Shown: one piece after another, positions 11,206-20,977 of the stretch
Position numbering within the stretch: the first letter of the stretch is position 1
Layout of the letters: every line of letters begins with the position of its first letter
Position numbers and translations under genes: made by a program
Source: Geosiphon pyriformis uo1
Lineage: Eukaryota; Fungi; Glomeromycota
Length of the DNA: 22,138 nt
Direction of reading: 5' to 3'
Assembly: GCA_016748015.1 (NCBI GenBank)
Contig: JAAOMT010000392.1
Location: 25,242-47,379, forward strand
Notes under the pieces: model-generated
The model's database searches: none
The model's input: the letters and a program-made list of their open reading frames with translations, nothing else
What the model was told of the DNA's origin: nothing

Positions 11206-11324
11206 TAGAGCAGGCTGATTTTCGATGAGATAGATGGGTGTTGCTTCAATTTTTTTTGTTGTTTCAGGTTCTCCAAATTCAATTTCGTATTTATCACTTT
11301 TGCTGGACAATGGAATGCTAAGAG

Positions 11325-11943
11325 TATAGCATTCAGGACACCATTGTTTGTCGTACAGCATTATACATTTCTTACATAATTTAATGTTTATTTGCTCTAA
11401 TTATTGAATTTGAGCTTCTTGGGTCGGATAGATGTGATTTGCAATTTGGTGGTATACTTTTATTTTATCTTTATAATTGAATCCAGCTAATTCCAATGTA
11501 TATTCAATGTATTCAGCTTCTTTCATTTGAAGAACATTTTCTTTGGTTCCTCCATTAATTAAAACCATGGCAAGTTCATAGATCATTTTGGCATCATGGG
11601 GGTAGTGATAAAGTTTGTTAAAAACACTGTTGTAAGCAGCATTGAAAGGTGTCCCATGTTTTATCTTTTCTGCAATGAAAAGAGCATATTGGCAAGTTTG
11701 ATCACAGACTCCTCCTCTAAATACAACATCAATCCAGTTACATTTATCGGAAAGCTGCTTTCCACAAGTAAAACAGAGTGTTCCATCCCATTTTCCATTT
11801 CTTTTGATCAAGTAGTCCTATTGTTCTCAATGGCAGGCCTTACAATAGTAGCAGGTGTGACTTTCATATTCTTCTTCAGGTGAAATACAAGCTTTTATTG
11901 ATGAGAGTTTCTTGTGGCAATCTTTACATTTGAGTGGAATGTA
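11325..11943 (-). pseudogene. Element B Cys-rich, putative multi-zinc-finger domain between protease and dUTPase
   Basis: CKDC...CYYCKAC...CFTC...CDQTC...CKKC-x8-CPEC, in the same frame as gag, PR and dUTPase. Confidence 0.85.
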
Positions 11944-12169
11944 AGGGCATTGTTTCTTTGGTTCTGGTTTAGAATATGGGATGTTCCATCCAGAGGTTTC
12001 TGGTTCCTCTGGATATGAGTTTGTTGCAAAATATGTTTGCTCAGTTTCTTCAGCCCAGTTAGATGTTAATCTCAGTGCCATAAATGTTTCGACTACAGGC
12101 TTTTCTTCCTCCTCTTCAAATTTGAAGACAGGGGCTTTCTCTGATTGTTTGTTGAATATACCACAAGTA

Positions 12170-12530
12170 GCAGGTACTTGGGCATGTCATCCTTGGTAAA
12201 AGATTTGTAGTTCTTGGGTTTCCCAGTCTAATTTTGCATTGGCTTTTTGAAGCCAGTCATTTCCGACAAGAGCTTGATACTGAAGAGCATCTATTATAAG
12301 AACTTTGACTGGAATGGTAATTCCATCAAGAGTGAACAGAAAATTGTCAATTTCTTCTACTGGAGTCTTTTTCATGCCATTGGCAGTAATGATTACTGTC
12401 TGAGCTGGTCGGTCAACATTTCTTTTTAACTATTGCATCAACTGGTAGGTGATGATGCTTCTGGCGGATCCATTGTCTAGGATCAAGCAAATTGCCTCTC
12501 CTTCAACTTCTGCTTTGGTGTACATAGCAG
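12170..12530 (-). pseudogene. Element B retropepsin aspartic protease
   Basis: ICLILDNGSARSII (Asp codon 12477-12475) and QALVGNDWL. Confidence 0.9.
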
Positions 12531-12599
12531 TAATTGCTTTTTGTTCATTGGCAGCTGCATTGCTAAGCAAAAATGGTGATTTATTTGCTTCAAATTCGA

Positions 12600-14534
12600 A
12601 AGGGAATATATCTGAAAGGTTGGCGTTTTTAGCAATTCTGGCTGGTGGGATTGTGGTAGGAGCATAGGAAGAGTTTTGTTGTTGTGCTGTAGCTCTACCT
12701 TCTGAGAGTGCAGTATGGCAAAAATTCTGTACTTTAGGTATTGTAAGATAGCTAAGTTGAGTATGATAGTGATTGGGTCTTAGTTGAGCTGAATTTCAGG
12801 GAACCAATTGGTTGTTTGAATTGACTCTATTGTTGTTTATTTGGTATTGGTTTTGTGGTATAAACTGATTTTGCAGAATCAATCTTCGAGCAGGCACTTG
12901 ATAATGTTGTGTAGGTGGTTGTTGGTATTGCTGTTGAATTGGCTGTGGAGTGGGCTGATAATAGTTACTTTGGTATTGGGGTCTTGATAGATAGTAAGTT
13001 GGTGGTGGTGGTTGATAATAAGATTGCTGTAATGGAAGATAACAATGATTACTTCTATTTTGTTGGTCTCATTGTAGCTTTCTGCAATCTTTTTTCCAGT
13101 GGCCAGGGATTCCACAGTAATGGCAATTCTGAGGCTGGTTATTAGAAAGTGGTGCAAAGTTATTTTGATTTTATCTTTGGAGTGGTTGATATTTTTGGGG
13201 TTGCTGTTGTTGTTGTTGGTTGGTGAAGTAGTTTTCAACTTTCTTGGTTAATTGGTCAATCTTTTCTTCAGCTGCTAAGCTGGTTTCTCCAATAGCCAGA
13301 TTAACAAGTTTGGTATGGTTGGCTTCTTCCATGGCTATTTCATAGTTTTTTGTCTGTTGAATAGCAGTGGCTAAATCTTTTGGTGCATGTGGGTGAACTT
13401 TCTTGATAAGTTTGTCTTTTAGTCCAGCAATAAATTGATCCAAAATTTGTGCATTAGAGTAGTATTCATTGGTTTCTAATTGCCAAATCCTTCTAAGCAG
13501 TTTGTTGAATTTCCCAAGATAGGTCATAACTGATTCACTTGGTTCTTGCTTGATATTTCAGAACTGATTTCGAAGGGTGATAGAAGTGTTATTGTCAGTG
13601 AACTGTTCTAGAAAAGCAGTTTTGAATGCTTTCCAGTGTTCTGGTGGGGCTTTCAAGTTTTCAAACCATTCACCAGCTATTCCTTGTAAGAAATATGGAA
13701 TTGCTTTTAACATTCTGGCAGTGTTCCAACCATTTGCATCTCCTGTTTTTGAGACTTTGTCAAGCCATTTTTGAGGACTGGTTTCATTGTCTTCTCCTGT
13801 AAACTCAGGAATTTTTGCAATATATGTGAAGGCTATTTCTTCTTCATTTTCTGAGTCTTCTGTTTCTTGTTCTGATTTGGTTTCTTCACTTTGATTTTTT
13901 GCTAAGTAGTCAATAAGGTTTGTGCTGGTTAATATTGGTTCCTGTTGTTAAATAGGGCTTTTGGATAACTGAAAATCTTCTATTCTTGAAAACCGAATAA
14001 GTGGTGAGCTTGGTGTTTGTGGTTGAGCAAGTAAAACTGGAAATGGTGTAATTGAAAGTGGTAATTTAAAGCTGGTTTCTTGTTCTGGAGTTTGTAAATG
14101 TTTGGCAGTAGTTTTAGGTGTATTGGGGGTAGTTCTGAGTTTTTGTTTCCTTTTTCTTTTCCTTCTTCTGTTTCTGATTCAAAACCAAGAGAAAATTTCT
14201 GTTTTACTGGGTAATTCTCTTTACAATACTGAATGATATTGAAGTTGAGTTCTTGGAAATATGTTTCAAGTATTTGACTGTTAAAATTCTGAGTGTTTAG
14301 ACGAGAGTAATGTACTAAGCTTTTATATAAGTTGTGTTTAACTTCTGAAATGTTGTAGTCTCCAAGAAGATAATTGTTAATGCAATTTTCAATGTACTGA
14401 TAAAGTGTTTTCTTGAATGTTTCAATTCTGTCTGGAATGTTAAATCTCTGCTTGCAATGGGTGTAGATTGACTGATAATACTCTAGAGTTCTTAAATCTG
14501 TTTGGGTTGCCACTTTTGAAGTTGTTGTCACTAT
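12600..14534 (-). pseudogene. gag: Element B gag: N-terminal extension, retrotransposon capsid domain, CCHC zinc knuckle
   Basis: KIPEFTGED...WLDKV...PYFLQGIAGEWF...FKTAFLEQF...KQEPSESVMTYLGKF...QFIAGL; intact knuckle CHYCGIPGHWKKDC at 13125-13084. Stops and a frameshift near 14150. Confidence 0.92.
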
Positions 14535-14539
14535 GTTAT

Positions 14540-14557
14540 TTCCGTGGGAGAGCACCA
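14540..14557 (-). promoter_or_regulatory. Primer-binding site of element B (TGGTGCTCTCCCACGGAA)
   Basis: TGG lies 2 nt after the 5' LTR end; complementary to a tRNA ending ...CCGTG-GGAGAGC-A-CCA. Isotype uncertain, possibly Thr. Confidence 0.88.
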
Positions 14558-14559
14558 AA

Positions 14560-15538
14560 TGTTACTGGAGGTTTTTGGTCTCTTCTTAGCTCTTGTAAGT
14601 TTATTGTAATACTGTTGATTCACGACTATGGGAAGTGTTTGAACCTCTGATAACTGAATTTATCTTCAAATTATCTCCTATAATTTGAACTGCTGGTCTT
14701 ATAAGTGGAATGGCCAATTTTTTGTTAGTTACTTTATGTAGTTACATTGTAGTAAACGTCAACTCTTTCCCAGGAGTTGCTCATTTGGAAGCTTATTAAA
14801 AATGTGTAGTTACTTTGCTGTGAAAGTCAATTCTTCTACAGGAATTTCGTCTGTAGGCTACCCTAATGATTATAATACAAAAAATAAAAAAAAAGTAAAA
14901 GAAATACAAAAGAAATAGAATTCTGTTAAGAGAAACGTTTTCTATCCAGGCCTGCAGTCACTAACAGTTTACTGAAATTGGTAGCTAACCAATTTCAAAC
15001 TGTTTTAGTAGGAATTGGTTAATTTCAAAAGAGAAATAATTAAGAATTTGATTTTTCAAATTATTTGATATTTATTTTGTTTTTGTGTGTAAAGAATAAT
15101 TCTAATTGTTAAATCTGAAGTAAGATACATTTTTTCAAAGAGAGAAGCTTTTCTTTTATACAATTTGTTGTAACACTATTCTATGAACTTGAACTTTGCT
15201 TTCTTCTACAATTTTGCTAAACTCAAGATACATTTTGGCAAACTACAAGTTATTTCTGCGAACTATTAGATATTTTGGTGAACTATCAATTATTTTGGTG
15301 AATTTTTACAAATTTCGGCAAACTTTTGAATGTTACATATTTTGGAGTATTGCATAATTGATCATCACAATTAGGTTACATCTGTGTTATGTAAAAATTG
15401 GGTTATTAATTAAATGATAATTTCAGACATTTTGCTAATGTAATAAGTGATAATTTGAAATGATAATATTGCTAATTAATGATAAAATTATAAAGATAAT
15501 TTCATGCTAAATAATATCTCTAATTTTGTCTGGTAACA
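14560..15538 (-). repeat. Element B 5' LTR (979 bp)
   Basis: Direct repeat of 5724-6703; followed on the minus strand by the PBS; flanked by TSD ATGA at 15539-15542. Confidence 0.97.
15154..15160 (-). promoter_or_regulatory. Candidate TATA box (TATAAAA) in element B 5' LTR
   Basis: Lies ~50 bp downstream of the U3 tandem array on the element's sense strand; also present in the 3' LTR (~6318-6324). Confidence 0.55.
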
Positions 15539-16180
15539 ATGATCTACACAATCTCTAAAGAAGACAAACCAATCAGCAACTGCAAAATGGAATCAGAATT
15601 ATTATTCAATTTCAATTCAAACTCTAATAACAATGACAAAAATAATGGTTTCAGTTCAGTCCAAAATGACAACACTAATAACAACAATTCGAACTCCAAT
15701 TTAAATCCAGAACAATACATCACACTCTCTAATCTTTCTAAGGAGTAGAAACTAAAATAATTTAATAATAATAATAAAGGTATTATGCCAAAACATGCAC
15801 ATAATATTAATGCAGAGTTTGATTTAAGATATCTAAGAAAAAATGCCATCAAATTAGAACTACATTTGTGCACATGTATTGATTTAAAAATAGCACTGGA
15901 AATTTTAGCAACAATAATGGTTCAACTAGCATTTAGGAGTAGTTTAATGAAAAAAAGAATCAACATTAAAGGAAGAATAATTGATGCAGGATATATAGAA
16001 AATATCATTGCAATGTTACAAAATGACTCAGAAAAAGAATATATTATTGAACCAAATAAAAAAATAGTACAGACAATATTTCTTTTTTTGGTTAAAATAG
16101 CTCAATTAGTATCAGTAGAAAAAAGAGAAAAATTAGAGATGACAGCAAGAGAGATAAGTAGATTCGGATTTATGAATAGA
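15539..16180 (+). pseudogene. dut: Element A linker and dUTPase (continuation of gag-pol after the B insertion)
   Basis: AEFDL (motif 1), FRSSL (motif 2), RIIDAGYIE (motif 3), KIVQ (motif 4), SRFGF (motif 5, decayed). In frame with 5432..5720 once B is removed. Confidence 0.92.
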
Positions 16181-16239
16181 ATAAACATATCAGTTAACAT
16201 GGCAGAAAAAGAAGTTATTAACAAGAGAGAAATTATTTC

Positions 16240-16480
16240 CACCTGTTAATCAATTTCTATTCTGCCATATGACCAGTATATGTTAGCTATAAAAAAAAAA
16301 GTAAAGAATCAAGGCCAAATTTTTGAAGTAAAAATCACAATTTGTGAATCAGGAAAGATTGGACTTACCAATTTTTACATACTAGCTAAAAGCCTGAAAC
16401 ACATAAAAATTCTCATTTACAACACAACTAAAAAAGTTATCAAAATACCAAAAAAAACCATCATCAGATATATAAGCACA
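16240..16480 (+). pseudogene. Element A degenerate second dUTPase-like domain
   Basis: KIGLTNFYILAKSLKHIKILIYNTTKKVIKIPKKTIIRYI; positional and pattern homolog of B 10490-10730. Confidence 0.45.
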
Positions 16481-16679
16481 GAAGTTAAGAATCAACTACC
16501 AAGTATTATCTCAGATTTTCTACAACTTTGTGAATATATAAATATCACATTACAAACAATATACAGACAAAAAAAATATTATTTGCTCCAATCAGAACAA
16601 TTGGAACAAATGAACTTGGAAAACTTAGATCCACTCTAATAGATACAACTCAAAATATTACTTAACAATTTTATTGATA

Positions 16680-17990
16680 TTTTTGCCAGTAAAAATAAAT
16701 TTTGCCAAACTGATATTATCTAGCATTAGATTAAAACTGGAAATACAATGCCAATTAAACAGAAAGCATACTGAGTGCCACCAGTCAGCCATAAAATCAT
16801 CCAACAAGAAATTAACAGAATATTAGACAATGGATTAATTCAATCATTAATAAGTCCATGATTATCACTAGTGGTACTAATCCATAAAAAAAATGGGAAA
16901 ATCCACTTTTGTGTAGATTATAAAAAACTTAATAGTATAACTTATGGAGACAACTACCTCACTTTATGAATCCAAAAATTATTTGATGCTTTTGGAAGAA
17001 AAAAATAGTTCTCAACATTGGTTCTAAATAGTGATTACTGGCAAATAACCATAAATTCAGCCAACAAAGAAAAAACTGTGTTCACTACTAGAGAAAAAAA
17101 TTTTGAATTTGAAGTCATGCCATTTGGCTTAACCAATATGCCAGCCATATTTCAATAATTTATAGAAATTGTTTATACCAGACTGCTATGGAAATCAGTA
17201 GTTGTATATTTGGATAACACCAATGTGTTTTTAAGAACATTCAATAATTATTTGCATTATCTTTAGCAAGTGTTCAAGAGATTAAGAAAAGCAGGATTGA
17301 AACTGAATGCAACCAAGTGCTTTTTTGGCAAAACAGAATTAAAATTTCTAGAACATGTCATGAGTAAAAATGGTATCAAAACAGATCCAGATAAAATCGA
17401 GATAGTAAAAAACTTTCCAGTACCAACAAACTTGATGGAACTATGAACATTCTTGGAATTTACTGGATATTATCACCACTTTATCTAGAACTTCTCAAAA
17501 ATAGCTCAATTATTTTACCAGCTTTAAGCCAAAAATGTGAAATATGAATGGACTAAAGAACAACAAAAAGCTTTTGACACTTTAAGAAAAAAGTTCATCT
17601 AAGCACTAATATTGATTTATCCAGATCACAACAAGCCATTCATCATTACCACCAATACATCAGGTTAAACATTGGGAGCAGTATTATCACAGAGAAGACC
17701 AGATGAAAAAAAACACCCAATAGTATATACCAGCCAAAGCTTAAGTCCAGCCAAAAAGAACTACAGAACATCAGCACTAGAACACTTAGCTATTTATTGA
17801 ACAGTCATAAAATGAAAGGAATACTTAAGCCAAAAATTTGATATTTACACTGATCACAAAGGATTGACATCAATCCAAAAGCAAAAATTTGGAGATAATT
17901 GTCATGCCAGATAGAAAATAAAACTTTTATTATTTAAATATACAGTATACTATAAAAAGGAAAAAAAAATGGAAACATTGACAGTTTGTT
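16680..17990 (+). pseudogene. pol: Element A reverse transcriptase and RNase H
   Basis: KNGKIHFCVDYKKLN; VMPFGLTNMPAIF; YLDN at 17207-17218; GLKLNATKCFFG; IYPDHNKPFIITT; GAVLSQ; IYTDHKGL. Many stops. Confidence 0.93.
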
Positions 17991-18039
17991 GCAAATAAAA
18001 CAAATCTAAGAACATTTCAACCCAAAAATATAACAAAAG

Positions 18040-19421
18040 ATGAATATACAAAAATATCAACAACTCCAATACTATATTAATACCCAACAGTTCAAGGAGA
18101 AATTATCTTCAAAGAAATGAAACAACATAAAACAAAAATCCAAATATTTTATTATTTACCAAAATATATTATATCAGAAAAACAGAAAAAATCCAGATCA
18201 ACCACTCAGAGTAATTACAGAACCAGAGAAAGAAACAATATTATACAATATGCACTCAAATCTGACAGTAGAACATTTTCATAAAAAAACAATCATGGAA
18301 AGAACCAGAAAAAGATATTATTGGTCATCAATATATCCAGACATTATTTAATATGTTTAAAATTGTAATGCTTGTCAGAAAAAAGGAGAAACAAAATCTA
18401 GTGAATCACTAAGACTAATTAAAGTAGAACAATTATTTAATAGAATTGAAATTAATTTAGTCAGATCATTAACAATAACCAGCAAATGTAATTATTATAT
18501 AGCAGTGGCTATGGATTTTTTTACAAAATGGCCAGAAACAAAAATAATTCAAAAAGCAGATGCAAAATTTGTAGCCAAATTTGTTTACCAAGATTTAATT
18601 TATCGACATAAATGTCCAAAAAAATTGTTATCAGATTAAGAAATGCACTTTATAAACAAAATATTAGCAGAATTAAGCCAAAAATTTAAAATCAAGAGAC
18701 CATTATTATTACCATATTATCCATAAACAAATGATTTAGTTGAAAGGTTTAACAGAACATTGTGTGCAGCAATTACTAAAATTAGCTAAAAAAACCAAGA
18801 TAAATAGGATTTGTTTATATCATTAGTACTATTTGCTTATTAGACAATAAAACAAGATACCACACAAGCAACACCATTTGAACTTGTTTATAATAGAACA
18901 GCAACATTACCAATTGAAATAGACATTAACACATATTCAATAAAACCAATAACAGAAGCCAATTTCCAAAAAACATTGCTAAAAAGAACATACAAATTAA
19001 TAGAAACATTAGAAAACAAAAGACAAAAAGCAGCTAATAATATTCAAAAGTCACAAAAAAACAAAAAAAATGACATAATAACTAATTATCAAACAAACCA
19101 GTTAAATTCAGAATTGAAAACAAAGTATTCTTACATCATACCAAAGCAGAAAAACAATGGAGTAAAAAATTTGATCTCAAATGGGACAGACCATTTTACA
19201 TAAAAAAAATTTTAAAAAATAAAGCTTATAAATTAAGATAAAACAACAAAATTTTAGCCAAAACAGTACATAGTAATTAACTGAAATCATATTATAATAT
19301 AGTATCATTATCAACCAGTAATATTTCACAACTAAAAGTACAACAAATACTAATCCAACCAAATAAGATTTCATAAGATTTAGAACCAATTATAATCATT
19401 GATTTGAATGTGTCAAATTAA
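18040..19421 (+). pseudogene. pol: Element A integrase (ends LEPIIIIDLNVSN*)
   Basis: NMHSNLTVEHF...NCNACQ; MDFFTKWPE; LSD*EMHF; YHP*TNDLVERFNRTL; TPFELVY. Confidence 0.92.
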
Positions 19422-19445
19422 TTGACTAAAAAAGTATATAAAAAC

Positions 19446-20117
19446 ATGGTATCTGTAACAAAAACAACAAAAAAAATAAAAATACTGGATCATATTTACA
19501 CCTTAGCTCAACAATTATTTCAGGTCTTAAATCAACAATAGTTAAACATGGAAATTGTCATTAGCCACTAAACAATCTGCTATTGGAACATCAAAAAAGA
19601 TAGAAAAGCAAAAAATACACTATATCAGTAACTACAGGACCAAATAAAACACTAGTTGGATAAAATAATAGAAAAAATAAAAAACACTTTTGGGAAAATA
19701 CCTATCATGGTTCTAACAGAAGAGCTGTTAAAAGAATATTAGAAACAGTGGATAAAACAACTTTCAATATCATACTGCTACTATTAGTTGAGACAGAAGT
19801 TGGATATTTAGAGGTTATATCTTAATAAAGCCAAAAGAATATTTAATCAAGAGATAATTTGGAACATCAATGACATTATTGAAAAGAAAACAAATTTAAC
19901 ACTACACATTAGAACAATCTATTAATTATACATAATATTTCAAAACTACTCAGAAATATTGCTACACCCTAACATAAAAACAATAACTATTAACCAATGG
20001 AAAAGAATGAACAACTCGTAAATTGAAAATATAAAAACCAGAGTTGAACAAACAGTACTAGAAAGAAAAGTCATAGAACTAATTCAAGATGAAAATTTCA
20101 ATGGAGCTCAATATTAA
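19446..20117 (+). pseudogene. Element A ORF3 (223 codons, in-frame stops, no frameshift), homolog of B ORF3
   Basis: ATG at 19446 to TAA at 20115-20117 in one frame; HIRTIY*LYIIFQNYSEILLHP aligns with B KLRAVFKLYDLFYICKNVLQNP. Too many stops to appear in the ORF track. Confidence 0.75.
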
Positions 20118-20127
20118 AAAAAAAAAA
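20116..20127 (+). promoter_or_regulatory. Probable polypurine tract of element A (A-run, likely G>A eroded)
   Basis: 12 purines 3 nt before TATTAC (inferred decayed TGTTAC); same 3-nt spacing as in element B. Confidence 0.6.
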
Positions 20128-20130
20128 TAT

Positions 20131-20977
20131 TATTACTCATAGAAAAAACATACAAGAAAATAGTAAAAAAACAAATAGACCAATAGGAGAATAATAGTTA
20201 AACATGTGAGCACATTGCTTAACAATATAGAGCATTGTTAAGAATTACAACACATTGCTTAGTAATATGAAGCAATATTAAGAAATTATGAGACATTGCT
20301 TGAAAAGTTATAGCACATTGTTTGGGAATGTGAACAATCTTGTAGAACTCAAATTATGTATATATAGTAAGAGAAATAAATGCAGAAAAGACAAAATTAA
20401 TACCAAAATATCTCTATTAAAACATCTTAATTAGAATCATTAATATTAATAAATAATTATTCACTATCTAAATCTTTCTCCCCACTATCTATACTTTATG
20501 TTAATAGTATCTGATACTTAATTATACTGGAACAATAGCTTTTGATTATGGCTATTAACAGATACTAATATAAATTGTCTTGGCTTATTTTTTTATTTTT
20601 TTATTTTTTTATTTTTTTATTTCTTTTCTTTTTTTTCTTTTGTTTTATTTACTAATTGATTAAAGATTAAATGCACGGAGTTATTGATATCAAAATAATT
20701 AGTAAAAGACCCAGGAATAAGAATAGAACACTTAAAGATTGAAAATAGCTTATTAGAAAGATTACTGGCCATTATGCTAAGAAAAAAATTTGATAGAATT
20801 ACAATTCTGGGAAGTAATGAATAAAACTACACTTAAATTTCTGTTTATTATACAAAAAACTCAATCAAAATCTTTAAACAACCAAAATCTTCAGATATTA
20901 CCAACCTAATTTAGCTATTAAGCACCAAGTTATGGGTTTGTTATTTGATTTAAAATTCCAAATAATTATTTATAATA
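20131..20977 (+). repeat. Element A 3' LTR (~847 bp; start inferred)
   Basis: Last 282 bp match 2251-2532; starts TATTAC after the PPT; contains a ~20-bp tandem array (20210-20330), a TATA-like motif (~20359) and a T-rich tract. Confidence 0.8.

Larger units (their letters stand above)
5724..15538 (-). mobile_element. Element B: full-length (~9.8 kb) dUTPase-carrying Ty3/Gypsy LTR retrotransposon, pseudogenised
   Basis: Two LTRs bounded by TGTTAC...GTAACA, 4-bp TSD ATGA (5720-5723 and 15539-15542), PBS, PPT, complete gag-pol domain set on the minus strand. Confidence 0.97.
2251..20977 (+). mobile_element. Element A: decayed dUTPase-carrying Ty3/Gypsy LTR retrotransposon (5' LTR truncated), interrupted by element B
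   Basis: Direct repeat 2251-2532 / 20696-20977; PBS at 2535; domain order gag-PR-dUTPase-RT-RNaseH-IN; reading frame restored when B and one ATGA are removed. Confidence 0.93.

Noticed and set aside
10882-13774. Short plus-strand ORFs antisense to element B
   Set aside because: Shadows of the minus-strand gag-pol with no recognisable motifs.
2553-19421. Alternative genetic code or stop read-through to explain the many in-frame stops
   Set aside because: All three stop types occur, at positions that differ between A and B, alongside frameshifts and damaged catalytic motifs. This is decay.
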